Positions 45,046 to 63,565 of a stretch of 64,000 bases of DNA are shown here, piece by piece (within the stretch, counting starts at the first letter, position 1; every line of letters begins with the position of its first letter). The notes below the pieces were generated by a model. The model was not told where the DNA came from, searched no databases, and saw only the letters and a list, made by a program, of their open reading frames with translations. Position numbers and translations under genes: made by a program. Source of the DNA: the human T2T-CHM13v2.0 reference genome, Homo sapiens; the NCBI RefSeq assembly GCF_009914755.1, contig NC_060930.1, one strand, 5' to 3'.

Positions 45046-46104
45046 CCATCACATATGTGTAGGTGTTTGTAAGCAAATGTTCTTTTACAAAATTGTAGTG
45101 CAGACAATATTCCAATTAAAAAGAGGATCCAGAACTACAGTACACACAACTAGCTTTGAGCCCCACCTTGACACTTTCTCATTATTTGTATAAGTGAACC
45201 TCATGTTCAGTTAAAATGGGATTTTAAAAAATTGGAGTTCTTATAATGTTCTAAGATAAATTATGTAAAATTATTCTATAAATTGTAGCACTATTAAGTG
45301 TTAATTACTCTCCTCTTCATAGGTTGTCACTTTATATATGTAACATTTTCCCACTGTCTAAGACAATTGGTGATACTCAATAAATATATGTGAAATATCA
45401 AATAAATTGCACAACAATTACTCCAGATAATTAAAAATTTCCCTTTGGAAGAACCCAGGTAGGTATCAATGGTTGAATCCCAGTGGCATTATTCAGTGGG
45501 ATTTCTGGTCATATTCATTCGTGTTGAGTTCAAATAACTTTTGGCATAACTAAAAAACAAAATTTGTCCCCAAATAATTAGTTAGTATTATTATTCCAGA
45601 AAAAAGTATTAAAAGTTTTAAAAATAATTCCAGAATGACAATAACAGTAATTATAACAATAATAAGCCTTAATATGTGTAGACATATTTTCAGAGTAAAT
45701 AAAAACCATCCCTTCGTAATTATTGTGAAAGGAATAACACTAGTTCAGCCATTGTATTAAAAAACAAATCTCTTCAACTAAGATGACTGTAATTCCACCA
45801 TTAAAGGCCTACTTTAATGAGTGAATTGTGTGTTCTGAAGATTCATAAGCTTGAAAGTTTAGCCCACTCTGGTTCTGCCCGTTGGTAGGTCACTATGCCT
45901 ATTCTCCTGGATATTTTCCGTAAAACAAGAGAATAAAAGGGAGCAGAATAGTTGCTATTCTGGAGGAGGTGTTATCCCCAGGCATATTCAAAAGAAAACC
46001 CTGAGTTAAATGGTTTTATCTCTAAGGGATCATCTAATTAACAGAACAAAATGAAGAAAAAGCATGAGGTCACTGTGATGTAACAACAGAGTCATTGCAC
46101 GTTG

Positions 46105-46610
46105 TCTTTTTTTTAACATCTTACCAAGGTATAATTCCACATACTATGAAATTCACCAAAACAAAGGTTGAATTCAATGATTTTTTTAGTATAATCACAA
46201 TTGTGCAACCATCACAACAATCTAAGTTTAGAACATTTTTATTACTCTAAAGAGAAACCCTGTACCCATTCGCCATCTCTCCCCATCTCTCCCTTCTCCC
46301 ATCCCCTGGCAACTACAAATCTTTCTTTATATACAGATTTCCCTACTCTGTGCTTTTCGTCTGAGTGCAATCATACGACATGTTGTCTTTAGTGACTGGC
46401 TTCTTTTATTTAGCATAATATTTTCAAAGTTCATTCATGTCATAGCATGCATCAGTATTTCATTCATTTTTATTGCCAAACGTGTTCCAGTGTATGAATG
46501 TGTCACATTTTGCTTATCTGTTCACCAGTTGATGGTCAACTGGGTTACTCCCACTTTTTGTCTATTAGGAACAATGTGACTATGAACATTTGTGTACAAC
46601 TTTTTGTTCA
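46105..46610 (-). mobile_element. L1MB/ME 3' fragment
   Basis: ttgtgcaaccatcacaac...tttagaacattttt...gactggcttctttt...atgaacatttgtgtacaa. Confidence 0.8.
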
Positions 46611-49184
46611 TTGTCTTTTAATATTTCTAAGATTAATATTCCCCATAGAATTTCCTATGAAGAAATTCACAATCTTTGCAACTTCACAGTCTACACACAA
46701 TCAAACCCCACCCTCACCACACTTACTGTGTGATTATGCATCTGCTTAACTTCTCTGAGCCTCGGTTTTTTTCATTTGCAACATGTGCTGGCAGAAAGTT
46801 AAGTGCTTGAAAGTGACGCTTATGCAGAATACTAAAAAAATCTTCCGAATCTTCTATCCTGTGTCTATCTTCACAGCCACCTTAGAGATGGCAGATTTGG
46901 AGTGCTTCCTTTCTAAGTCAATTTCAATATCTAAAAAATCCAGGTAAAATTTGAGTAATAAAAAAAAATGAACTACAATTCATAATATTTGTTAATAGAG
47001 AAAAAATTCAATTTAACATGTCATTTCTGTCGAATGAAGGTGACTGACTAGTAAAGAAGACTTAAATAATACTTATGAGTTTAAATGTAATTTTTATTGA
47101 GTTTTTCTGTCTGCTAATTTATTGATATAAAAGAAAAAAGGAAAAATGTTGGTATGATTTATCATCTATCATTAGTCAAATAGACTGTTTTTTTCCATAA
47201 TATTCTTAGGATAAATTGCTAATTTCCATTTTGTGGTAAAAATCCATTTCTATGTAACCATTCTATCCCAACCTATTCCATAAAATTGGGATTTACTGTA
47301 GTCAAGTGCTGACACTGGTTCAAACTTTAATGGTAGAATATATAGGGAATGTTTCTTTTCTTTTTTTTTCTGACTATGGTACATTAAGTCCCTAGAGGGG
47401 GCAAATGTTTAGCAACATGTTACTTATCACTATATGACTATATAGGACTCTAATTCAGAAATGTCTTTTGCAATCATCAATGACTTCTTCCTGAATTGTG
47501 CCTACCAGGCAGCCATTAGCAAATTCTCTACCTTTAGAAACATTCTGTAGACAAATATCAAATAGTTTTCTTTATTTATGATCTGCTTTGCTAGCATAGA
47601 AACAGTCCCAAAGGAAGGAGTTTCTTTTTCTTTTGTTTTGTTTTGTTTTACTTTCCCAAAGACATCTTTCTTTTATTCTCTTCTGTACCCTAAACAGCTT
47701 TCTTCTCCTAGAAAGTAAATACCATGGCTGACCTATGAGCCAGATACTTCTGTTCATTAAACTGACCCTGCTAATCAAAAAAAAAAAAATAGGAAAGTTT
47801 GTATGCGCAGGCATAGTATTAATGGTATGACTTATTTCTGCTTGTTCATATTGTAATGGAACTTTTCTCCTATGGTTCATTCATCACTTTAAAAAATTAA
47901 GCCAATTTAGAAATACAATTTGAATGTATAATTGAATTTGTCAGTTGATTTTAGCCTTTACAAGTTAATCAAATAGCAGAGACTCAAGGAAGTTTCTCAC
48001 ACATGCTCTCTTTTATGGGCAGCCAATCATTCCCCAAAGAGAATGTCAAATTCTTTCAGGAATTTTTGCTGATTAGATCCTCATTCTTTCTTTAGAGGAC
48101 TGAATTTTTTTTTCCTAGCAATCAAGATTCATGCTATCAGTCAAACTGAAAGGAATAAAATGGCATAATTTTAGCTAAAATATTAGAAATGACAAATAAG
48201 TGAAATATGTTAACTGGAGTGGAAAAGAAATGTGTAATTAAGCAACACAAAGACCATATGTCAGACACTTCTACAGTCATAGATGGGAAGAGAGTGTAGA
48301 CTTCTTGCAAAGACCCACACAGCTGTCAGGAAACTTCAGTCCTCTTTAGGATTCACTAGACTTATTGGGGATATCTCACCTTTACCCGCAATTGACAAGT
48401 TAGTTGTTGTTTTTATTTTTGCTGAGTATTAGGATGCTTGATTAATTAATTTTAACATGTGGTAAATTAAGTAAATTATAATGGGAAAAAGATATTTGCA
48501 CGATTTAAATGATTTAAATACACACAGAAATAGGCTTATTTGACATGTTGAAAATCTGAATTGCTACCTTTCAAATATTACTCGGTCCTGTTTCAAGCAT
48601 GTTTTGAAATTTTTCATGGAAATCTGTGTCATACTTAAAATGACATTTATTTCTCTATGTTCTAATGGTGCTGAAGCATAGAGCCCTATTTGGATATTCT
48701 CTATCTAAAATAGACTGGAGATTCAGATAGCCACACGGGTGTTGCAAACCTGCATCGTGGGACTGGGCGACACCTCAGTCCCAGTGACCACATCTGCAGA
48801 GCCCAGAGGATCCCAGGAACCAGGTGGTTCCATTTGGTGAAAAGAATGGGAGAATCTACAGGATTCAGTATGAGAATATTTCTAAACTCTGAAGAAGACA
48901 TAATTAAATCTAGGTCCCAGTATTAAAATCAGTCTTCCTTATCCTCAGCAGTATAGTGGGATTGTCAAGATTATTATATTTTGAAATACTAGTTGCCATT
49001 TTAGTCATAGAATCAATGTGATAACCCATTTCATAGGGGTGTGCAGTACAAAAACAGTGATGTGAACCTCTTTTACATTTGGCATTTCTGAAAACTTCCA
49101 ACAAAGCATTCAGAGCTAGCATAATTCCAGCCAGATGAGGACTTTTAACCATGATACTGACATGGCTTAGAAATATGAAACGTT

Positions 49185-49498
<314 letters not shown>

Positions 49499-49850
49499 TC
49501 AGACATTTCAACAAATTCACTTTCTGATGCAGAGTGTACACTGAAGGATTCAAGATACTGAGAACCCGCTGGCTGCCAAGTTTTACTTGTGAATTACAAA
49601 CATATGTAATATATTTTATATAATATTTAAATGGCTTGCATTATCAACATTTCTCTCTCCATTGAGTTCTTTCCTTCAGTTTAGCGTCTCTTTCAAGTCA
49701 TTCCAAGAAGTCTTTTTATCTTTGTCCACCTTCAAACTGCCACCCACCCCCACTTCCTTTCACAGCCAGTGTTTTTTGAGAACAGTGGCAATGGCCCGTT
49801 CACCCATTGGTGCCTCAATGTACTGTCACCAATGGCCCCAGCAGCAGCTA

Positions 49851-50930
49851 TTTTTTTAATTGTAGTAAAATATACATAGCATAAAATTTACCTTTTTATC
49901 TATTTTTAAGTATACATCAGTATTATTAAGTAGTATTAAGTACATTCACATTGTTATGCAACCAATCTCCAGAACTTTTTTTGTCTGTAAAACTGAAATT
50001 CTATGCCCATAAAATAACAGCTCTTCATTATGACCTCTCCCCAGCCCCTGGCAGCCACCATTCTACTTTCTCCTCCATGATTTTGACTACTCAGCGTACC
50101 TAATATGAGTGGAATCAGACAGTACTTATCTTTTTGTGACTGGCTTACTTCACTTAGCAAAATGTTTTCAAGGTTTATCAATGTTGTAGCATGTGTCAGA
50201 ATTTCCTTTCTTTTTAAGGCTGAATAATGTTCCATTGTATAACAGAAATTCTTTATCCATTCATCTGTTGACAGACACTTGAGTTGCTTTCACCTTTTGG
50301 CTATTGTGAATAATGCTTCTATGAACATGGGTTCAAAAATATCTCTCCAAGACTACTTTCAGTTCTTCTGGGCATATATCCAAAAGTGGAATTGCTAGAT
50401 GATACAGCATTTTATTTTTAATAGTTTAAGGCAGCAGTCCTCAAACTTTTTGGCAACAGGGACCAGTTTCGTGGAAGACAATTTTTCAACAGATGGGACA
50501 GACCTGGGGTAAGGGAAAGAATGGAGGGGAATAGTTTGGGGATGCAACTGTTCCACCTTGGATCAGCAGGCATTAGAGTCTCATAAGGAGCATGCAACCT
50601 AGATCACGTGCATCGCAGTTCACTATAGGGTCTGTGCTCCTATGAGAACCTAATCCTGCCACTGATCCAACAGGAGGCAGAGCTCAGATCATAATGTAAT
50701 GCTCCCTTGCCTGCTGCTCCCCTCCTCCTCTGAGGCCCAGTTCCTAACAGGCCACAGACTAGTTCCCTGGGGAAAGGGGGACCCCTGGCTTAAGGAACTG
50801 CTATACTGTTTTCCATAGCTACCACCCCATTTTACATTCCTGCAAACAGGGCACAAGGGTCTCAGTTTCTCCACATCTTTGTCAACACATTACTTTCTGT
50901 TTTTTTACAGTAACCATCCTAAAAAATGTG
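49851..50930 (-). mobile_element. L1MB-type 3' fragment interrupted by MER1B
   Basis: ORF-track remnant 49954-50235 (EHYSALKRKEILTHATT..LENILLSEVSQSQKDKYC). Confidence 0.85.
50432..50787 (+). mobile_element. MER1B hAT-Charlie element
   Basis: cagcagtcctcaaactttttggc...ggggacccctg; 8-bp TSD gtttaagg/gcttaagg. Confidence 0.85.
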
Positions 50931-53299
50931 AAGCAGCAGCTCATTTTTAGATCTACTATTTTAGAGTCTTTCAAGGTGTGGTTTGCAGATATGCCTCAGA
51001 GTCACTTCAAAAACACATGAGGAACATCTAGATTCCTGAATCCAAAGCTCTAGAGATTGGGCCTCACAATATGTTAACGGGTGCCTGAGATGTTGTTTTC
51101 AATGACTTTTGATACACAACCTACCATATTGGATGGATATGATGTGAAAGTACCTCAAGATAAGAAAGAAAATTTGCAGAGAATCATACAGATACCATAT
51201 AGAACAGAATAGTTGATATAATAATTGTCACTTTGCATGTGAATACATAAACTAAGATTATGTAGAAACAACTAGCAACTTGTTACCTCTAGATGTATAA
51301 TTTTGCAAATATAACTAAGTCCCAAGCCACACAGTGACAATTTACATCACGGTGCTGAACGTTACCATTATCATCACTGAATTGATGGGAAACTATAAGC
51401 ACTTTCATTGTGTTCAATGGGAGGGGTGAGTATCACATATATAATGATATCTGCCTCACTGCTGCACTGGCAAATATTTTTATTTTTATCTATTTCCCTT
51501 CTTTTAATCAGTAAAAGTCAGGGTTGGCATTTCAGTTATTTTATGATTATTTGAGGCTTTTAGATTGACTACTGTGCTAGGCACTGTTTATTTTCTGCAG
51601 GGTAGACAGTGCCTTAGACCTTAGCTATTTGGGAAGGTTCCAGTTTATTATGGGAGAAGACCTTAGGGACCAAAATGAAATTGTCCAAAATGACAGCGGG
51701 TAGGAACATAAACTGAACAGGAAGAAAATCAGTTTTTACTGTAAGTAAGAAACAAGTTAAAAGGTGCTTAATGTCAAGATTTGAATTAAGAAGCTTTAGC
51801 TTATGCCAAAGAATTTTTAAAATTTTAAACTACTTGTGCTGATTTTGCTTCAGCAAAACTAGATTTATAAAATCATGTATAAGCAGATCTTTTACTTCCA
51901 AAATGCTGGGCATCTTTCCAATCCTACTCTTTAGATTTTGTGTTTCTATAGTTCTGTGCTGGTATTTTTATGCTTCTGAAACCCTGTCTGCTTTCAGCAA
52001 TTAATAAAAATACTATGGGTTTTGATTTGCATCACTGCAGCATATGAACTAAATTACTTTGCATCTGCAGGTTTAAAGCAGAATAAAACTCTTTGTGATA
52101 AAGTTTCATAATGTTCAGATGTAAGTCACTGAACCATGGAATCCAATGAGCCAACACCAAGGCAGCAAGGAAGAGTGGCTGCCGTTTGTTCCAGTTTATA
52201 TCATTCCAGCTAAACTGTCTGCCATTCTAGAGAGGTTTAAATACTAAGCCCCTACGTTGCTTTTAAAATATAATGAGTAATTTCCTGACCAAAAGCAACC
52301 ACTGAGACAAACCAGAGCACAGCACAAGATGGCACCCCAACTTGTCCATCATGGCTTAACCATGGTAGGTGCCAAGTCAATGCAGAAAAGTTTGCTCTCA
52401 CAGGGTATTTAAAGAATAGCTATTATAAGTTATTATATCTTCACTAGAATATATCTCTTATTCACCATTCAGTGCTTCCACCCAAGGGTAAAATTAAAGT
52501 GATTTCTCCTACTACAGTTTATTCTGGGTGACCTGCCTGCCTTCATTGCTTCTTCCCTTTGTTCTAGTTCAGTCCACTGCAGTACAATTCACACAGGTAA
52601 GATACTCATCTACTTTTCACTATAGTGTAAAGGAGTACATAGATAATCTCCTAGAATAAAGGATAGAATGAGTTATAGTGATATAACAACTTCAACATTG
52701 TTTCAAAGATAGGGAATAGTTTATTAATAATATAAGAATTAAGGATGAGGATTATGTTTCATTAATATGTACAACTCTTCAGTCTTTAGCACAGTTTATT
52801 ACATGTAAAAAGACTCAAACTCTAAATGCATAAATGAATTAAGCCCAGTTTTTTGGGTTAGTTCCATCCAGGTTTAAATATTTCCCTTTGGCCCATAAAT
52901 ATGTTCACATAGCTTGGCCTTAGTTTTCTTTTTCTTCTGGATAATTTACCCTAAATTCTTCTAGTTCCAAGTTGAGTTGATCCCTTTTAATCACTATTTT
53001 ATCCTCTTAAGGTCAAAGGATCTCATAAAATTACAATGATTTCATGTGTATCCCTTTCAACAACTCTGCTAAGTTTACCCAGTGTCTACTAGGGAATTCC
53101 GACTTGCCCCTTTCTTCCTTCTTCAACTTTTGACTTAGACCCCTTGCTGGTATCAGCATTTATTTTCAAATGAACCATCATGTTAAGTAGCTGCTTTGAA
53201 TTACCTAGAATATCTTCTCACTTCTCATGCCCTCTATCACACATACCCCACTCTTAAGTTACAATTTACATACTAGAAAACTGGCTTTTCTTTTGGCCA

Positions 53300-53453
53300 T
53301 TTTTTTTGAAATGGGGTCTCATTTGTCACATAAGCTGGAGTGCAGTGTCATGATCATAGCTCATTACAGCCTCAAACTCCTGGGTTCAAGCAATCCTCCC
53401 ACCTTGGCCTCCCAAAGCACTGAGATTATAGATGTGAGCCATCGCACCCAGCC
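53300..53453 (-). mobile_element. Alu monomer (FRAM/AluJ-type)
   Basis: Single Alu arm with a short tail. Confidence 0.85.
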
Positions 53454-53746
53454 CCTTATGCTATTTTTAAGTCTTTGAGTTATTTGGGCCTCATCATCCT
53501 GGAATATTCCTAAGCCCTGTTCTATTTTTAAAACTAAAGATCTTTTAGAGAAAGAATCTTTAGTTTTTCCTGTCTTCCCATGAATATCATATGCCAAGTT
53601 GTTTGTCCTTTATTACCCAAACTTGGCCATTACATTTCCTTTAAAGCAAGAGTCTTCCAAATGATACAGTGGGGTAATATGCTGAAAGGGCAATCAGTTG
53701 TTTAAACTCCAGAACGATATTCCACATAAAAATGAATGTGGAAGCA

Positions 53747-54649
53747 GAGAGGAGCCAAGATGGCCGAATAGGAACAGCTCTGGTCTACAGCTCCCAGTGT
53801 GAGCGACGCAGAAGACGGTGATTTCTGCATTTCCATCTGAGGTACCAGGTTCATCTCACTAGGGAATGCCAGACAGTGGGCGCAGGTCAGTGGGTGCATG
53901 CACCGTGTGCAAGCCAAAGCAGGGCGAGGCATTGCCTCACTTGGGAAGCGCAAGGGGTCAGGGAGTTCCCTTTCCGAGTCAAAGAAAGGGGTGACGGACG
54001 GCACCTTGAAAATTGGGTCACTCCCACCCGAATACTGCGCTTTTCCGACGGGCTTAAAAAACGGCACACCACCAGATTATATCCTGCACCTGGCTTGGAG
54101 GGTCCTACGCCCACGGAGTCTCGCTGATTGCTAGCACAGCAGTCTGAGATCAAACTGCAAGGCGGCAGCGAGCCTGGGGGAGGGGCGCCCACCATTGCCC
54201 AGGCTTGATTAGGTAAACAAAGCAGCCAGAAAGCTCCAACTGGGCGGAGCCCACCACAGCTCAAGGAGGCCTGCCTGCCTCTGTAGGCTCCACCTCTGGG
54301 GGCAGGGCACAGACAAACAAAAAGACAGCAGTAACCTCTGCAGACTTAAATGTCCCTGTCTGACAGCTTTGAAGAGAGCAGTGGTTCTCCCAGCACACAG
54401 CTAGAGATCTGAGAACGGGCAGACTGCCTCCTCAAGTGGGTCCCTGACCCATGACCCCTGAGCAGCCTAACTGGGAGGCACCCCCCAGCAGGGGCACACT
54501 GACACCTCACACGGCAGGGTATTCCAACAGACCTGCAGCTGAGGGTCCTGCTGTTAGAAGGAAAACTAACAAACAGAAAGGACATCCACACCAAAAACCC
54601 ATCTGTACATCACCATCATCAAAGACCAAAAGTAGATAAAACCACAAAG
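53747..54649 (+). promoter_or_regulatory. L1 5'UTR sense and antisense promoter (copy B)
   Basis: CpG-rich 5'UTR; YY1 site CAAGATGGCC intact at 53756-53765. Confidence 0.85.
53887..54195 (-). CDS. L1 ORF0 variant with extended C-terminus (102 aa)
   Basis: MVGAPPPGSLPPCSLISDCC...; one extra base near 54000 relative to copy A shifts the frame after FSRC. Confidence 0.6.
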   Translation of the reverse strand: MVGAPPPGSLPPCSLISDCCASNQRDSVGVGPSKPGAGYNLVVCRFLSPSEKRSIRVGVTQFSRCRPSPLSLTRKGNSLTPCASQVRQCLALLWLAHGACTH

Positions 54650-55666
54650 ATGGGGAAAAAACAGAACAGAAAAACTGGAAACTCTAAAAACCAGAGCGCC
54701 TCTCCTCCTCCAAAGGAACGCAGTTCCTCACCAGCAATGGAACAAAGCTTGATGGAGAATGACTTTGATGAGCTGAGAGAAGAAGGCTTCAGACGATCAA
54801 ATTACTCTGAGCTATGGGAGGACATTCAAACCAAAGGCAAAGAAGTTGAAAACTTTGAAAAAAATTTAGAAGAATGTATAACTAGAATAACCAATACAGA
54901 GAAGTGCTTAAAGGAGCTGATGGAGCTGAAAACCAAGGCTCGAGAACTACGTGAAGAATGCAGAAGCCTCAGGAGCTGATGCAATCAACTGGAAGAAAGG
55001 GTATCAGCGATGGAAGATGAAATGAATGAAATGAAGCAAGAAGGGAAGTTTAGAGAAAAAAGAACAAAAAGAAATGAGCAAAGCCTCCAAGAAATATGGG
55101 ACTATGTGAAAAGACCAAATCTACGTCTGATTGGTGTACCTGAAAGTGAAGTGGAGAATGGAACCCAGTTGGAAAACATTCTGCAGGATATTATCCAGGA
55201 GAACTTCCCCAATCTAGCAAGGCAGGCCAACGTTCAGATTCAGGAAATACAGAGAACACCACAAAGATACTCCTCGAGAAGAGCAACTCCAAGACACATA
55301 ATTGTCAGATTCACCAAAGTTGAAATGAAGGAAAAAATGTTAACGGAAGCCAGAGAGAAAGGTCGGGTTACCCTCAAAGGGAAGCCCATCAGACTAACAG
55401 TGGATCTCTTGGCAGAAACCCTACAAGCCAGAAGAGAGTGGGGGCCAATATTCAACATTCTTAAAGAAAAGAATTTTCAACCCAGAATTTCATATCCAGC
55501 CAAACTAAGCTTCATAAGTGAAGGAGAAATAAAATACTTTACAGACAAGCAAATGCTGAGAGATTTTGTCACCACCAGGCCTGCCCTAAAAGAGCTCCTG
55601 AAGGAAGTGCTAAACATGGAAAGGAACAACCCGTACCAGCCACTGCAAAATCATGCCAAAATGTAA
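54650..55666 (+). pseudogene. L1 ORF1p, disrupted by a premature stop
   Basis: MGKKQNRK... start; CGA>TGA stop at 54977-54979. Confidence 0.97.
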
Positions 55667-55729
55667 AGACCATTGAGACTAGGAAGAAACTCCATCAACT
55701 AACGAGCAAAATAAGCAACTAACATCATA

Positions 55730-59554
<3,825 letters not shown>

Positions 59555-60649
59555 ACAATGAGATCACATGGACACAGGAAGGGGAATATCACACTCTGGG
59601 GACTGTTGTGGGGTGGGGGGAGGGGGGAGGGATAGCAATGGGAGATATACCTAATGCTAGATGACGAGTTAGTGGGTGCAGTGCACCAGCATGGCACATG
59701 TATACATATGTAACTAACCTGCACAATGTGCACATGTACCCTAAAACTTAAGGTATAATTTAAAAAAAAAAAGAATGTGGAAGTTTCATGAAAATAGAGA
59801 CTTATTTTATACACTTTATCATAGCTATTGCTACTCATCTGCTCACTTTTCTTCTAAGAAGCTATCTGGAACTATTCTGTCTCTACATAACAATCTAAAT
59901 ATTAATAGGCAGTGTCTATAAACTATTAGTAGTGTCTACATAACAGTATCTATAAAGTCCCAGTTAAATGTCCATATGAAAATGAACACATAGTAAGTGC
60001 TAAATTAATATTGTTTTTAGAATGAATATAATAAATGGATCTCAGGCAAGACTCTAAAAGCCTACTTTACTTAGCCTTCATGTGAATGAAATATCATTCT
60101 AATAGTGCAGTATCATATGACCTTACCTCCATTTATTAAAGAATTTATCATGAAAATTCCATAGAACTTTAAAATAGAGATGAGAAAAAAAAATCATCTT
60201 TGCCTGCTAGGACTTCATCAGAAAGAGGCTCCATCTTCTCCAGCCCTTCCTTTACCTTTTGAGTGGGAATAGCCTTCTTCAATTCTAGTTTATTTCTGGG
60301 GATTGCAAATAAGAAGAGACCATTTGTACATATTTGGTGCCATAGAGAAGAGTAAGGAATAGAGATACGGGCTCTTACGGAAGCTGAGGAATAGGACAGG
60401 GTTTGGTGAAATCCCAGGGAAGTTAGCAAAGGCTAAGGCTAAGAGGCAAATAAGGACAGAAGTTAGGTCACAGTGATGGCATGAAACATGCAATGATTCC
60501 ATTAATAAATGGTCACTATACGCCAAGTACTGTGGTAAACATTAGCTCATTTAATCTTTACAAGAACCTAGCTAGGTTTCTATCATTACTCTCCATTTTA
60601 TAGAGAGTGAGATTCAATAATTTACTTTTTCTTTGGTTACACTCTTAAA

Positions 60650-62110
60650 AAAGTAATAACTCAAATAAGTACAAATAGAACTGGTGAAATCTGAATAAGA
60701 TTGTATGGATGGTGATATCCTGGTTGTGATATTTTAGGATTGTTTTGCAATGTTACCTTTGGGAGAAACTGTGTAGAGTATACCCTCAATTTTTAAGAAT
60801 TCTTATATTGTGAATATTCTTAGAAAACTAAACATAATTTTACTTTATGTTCTAGTAATCATTCTACTAGATATTAACCCAACTGATTTGAAAGCTTATA
60901 TCCATATAAAAATCTTCTCATTAATATTTATGTATGTCTTGTTCTTAATTGCCAAAGATTGGAAGTAACCAAGATGTTCTTGAGTAGGTGAATGGATAAA
61001 TAAACCGTGATACATCCATAAAAAGAAATATTATTTAACAATACAAGGAAATGAACAAAAAAAAGTGGATGGACCTTAAGGGCATATGTTAACTGAAAGA
61101 AGTCAGTCAGAAATGTTCCTAGACTTTATGATTAAATTTATGCGGTATTCTGAACAAACCAAAACTATAGCGACAGTAAAATATCAGTGGTTATCAGGAG
61201 TGAGGGGTGAGGAGAGGAAGGTTGAGTAGGGAAATTACAGGGGATGTTTTAGGGTGGTGAAACTATTCTGTATAATACTATAATGGTGGATACATGAAAT
61301 TATGCATTTATAAAAATCCACAGAATATTACAGTATAAAGAGTAAGCCTTAATATATGAATTTTTTAATAATATCATTTAGGAGGTTGGAAGAGCCCAGT
61401 AAATAATGCAGACTGTGACAAGAGAGTCTAACTGTATTATAGATGTATGAAACAACTTAACTAAAGAGAGTGATCAGAAAACGTTCTGACATAAGCAGTT
61501 TTGGAAATGAGTAGTCTGGAAGACTAAAGGAAAAAGAAACTGTACATAAGCACTGTACTCTAGTTGATAAGTATTGTTCCATGTTAGCAATGTTAGCAAT
61601 TCTGATACTGCTATACAACTGTACTGGAATTGAACAATTAAGTAAATAGATGGAGAATGCTAAAAGCCCAATTTTTTCACTGTTTTAGTGGGAGGTTGAA
61701 GATAAGAAGAGAAGGCTAGAATGATCCATGGGGTAATGGATTAGAATTGGGGACATTAGTGTGAGTTCATATTTAGCTGAATATAGATGCATATAGTTAC
61801 ATATGTAAATATATATATTTACATAGAAATATACACATGTATAAGCACACATGTATATATGTGTATATACATGCATACATACATGTATCCATAGGTTAGT
61901 ATACACACACATATTTTCTTGCACTGTCAGTTGACAGGGCCTAAAGCAATGACACCTCAGTAGCAATGGGCACATCTAACACCCAGCTTTTGGTTTCTAA
62001 CACCAGTCTTCAATAAGGGTCATCTTGGAAAAATAACTCATTCTAGGACTAGAGCAGGAAATATATAAGATCAGCTGGGAGTATCTTATAATACCAGAAA
62101 ATGAGGAAAT

Positions 62111-62151
<41 letters not shown>

Positions 62152-62290
62152 GATGGGGGTATGTCAAAACAAAAACAAACTGAAAAACAGGAGCTGACTG
62201 AAAGAGTCTTATTGGCCAAAGTGGAAATCATATGTTCAAGAAAATAAGTAAGTATTGGATTATAACCCTTATTATTCATATCCAACAAGT
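60650..62290 (+). mobile_element. Old L1MC/MD 3' region with internal (AC)n at ~62112-62148
   Basis: ggaagtaaccaagatgttct...gaatggataaataaa...tacatccat ORF2-end motifs followed by a long L1MC-type 3'UTR. Confidence 0.75.
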
Positions 62291-63279
62291 ATGTAAATTC
62301 TATTTACAAAAATCTCTTAAATCTTGACCCTATTTGCTGTTATCTCTGCTGGGCTTTTAATTATCTCCCTCTAAATTATTATCATGGCCTCAGGACTGGG
62401 ATCTTGCCTTCAGCCTTATCTACAGTTCACTGTATTTTGCAAAGTGACCCAGAGTCATCTTTTTAAGTGTAGTTCTCACCATGTTTCTCCTTTGCTTAAA
62501 ATCTTTAAATGGTCCCTTACTACCTAAATTCTTTATCATTACCCTTCAAAATTTGATCCCAGATTACCTTGTTGGTGAATTCCACAATCTCCCTGACAGA
62601 GCCCAGAAATCCTATAAGCCAGGACAAAAAAGACTGACACTGGAGAACTTCCAGAAGGTACCTCCTAAGAAACCTTAACTGACAGACACTCCAAGAGTAG
62701 GTAGTGGAAAGAAAAGAGGGTTGGTGGAATGTTAAGCAAATTAGTAACAGGCAAACAATAAATATTACCTAGTTCAAGGCACAGAGTAAATGGGTAACAT
62801 TCCATAAATGTTTATTGAACAGAACTGAAGTGGATCCAAAATGGCAGATAATGGATAAAAGGTCATTACAGCTTATGATCCTGTTCCTGGAAAAAATCAT
62901 AATAATGTACTTTACATATAGCATGTGCTTAATACATTTTTCCTTGAAGTTCTTTTAGACTTTTGAAAATACTTCACATGGTGTATTTAAAATATCTGCA
63001 AAGTTTCCTTCATCCTTATTCTTCTTGCCTTCTCTACTGCTCTAGAAAGGTTAAATGTCATCAACATTATAGTACAGATTTTAATGGTCCACACTCACTG
63101 TTTTTTGATTTGTGAAATGTTGAAAAATATGAGAAAAAAATTTAAAAATGAAGAATTAACATTAAAATCTGAATTCCCTTAAAAATGGTAAGATGTGTAA
63201 CTCAGGAATTTCATTTCTGCACAATATTCAATGAGAACAGAGTGGCACTTGCAGCTGCCCAGATCTACTCTCTCACCTC

Positions 63280-63465
63280 TGTAGGCTTCTCAGTTTGAGT
63301 TAAACAGACTTTTATTTGAATCTTGGCTCTGCCAAGGTGGGTATATTATATAAATTCTCTCTACCCCAGTATTTTCAACTATAAAGTAGAGATAATCATA
63401 ATCACTCATCAATAAGTTTAGTATGAAGAATAAATGAAAAAATCTGCAAAGATTTTGAGCACAGA
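63280..63465 (+). mobile_element. MIR
   Basis: tttgaatcttggctctgcc...cccagtattttcaactataaagtagagataat. Confidence 0.65.
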
Positions 63466-63565
63466 ATAATTACTTTATAAATTTTATTTGTTGAAAAATT
63501 ATGCTTTTGTTATCAAGTACAGAGTTAAAAAAATAAAAGTAGTGGTAGATTGGGAGAAACAAATA

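Noticed and set aside
47388-47404. Possible CTCF site (cctagagggggca)
   Set aside because: Only the 3' core matches; the 5' half deviates from the consensus.
48713-48900. GC-richer exon-like stretch with an 8-bp hairpin (tgggactg/cagtccca)
   Set aside because: Weak splice signals, unrecognisable translation, and a stem this short is expected by chance.
59606-59631. G-quadruplex-like G-run
   Set aside because: Standard part of the L1 3'UTR.
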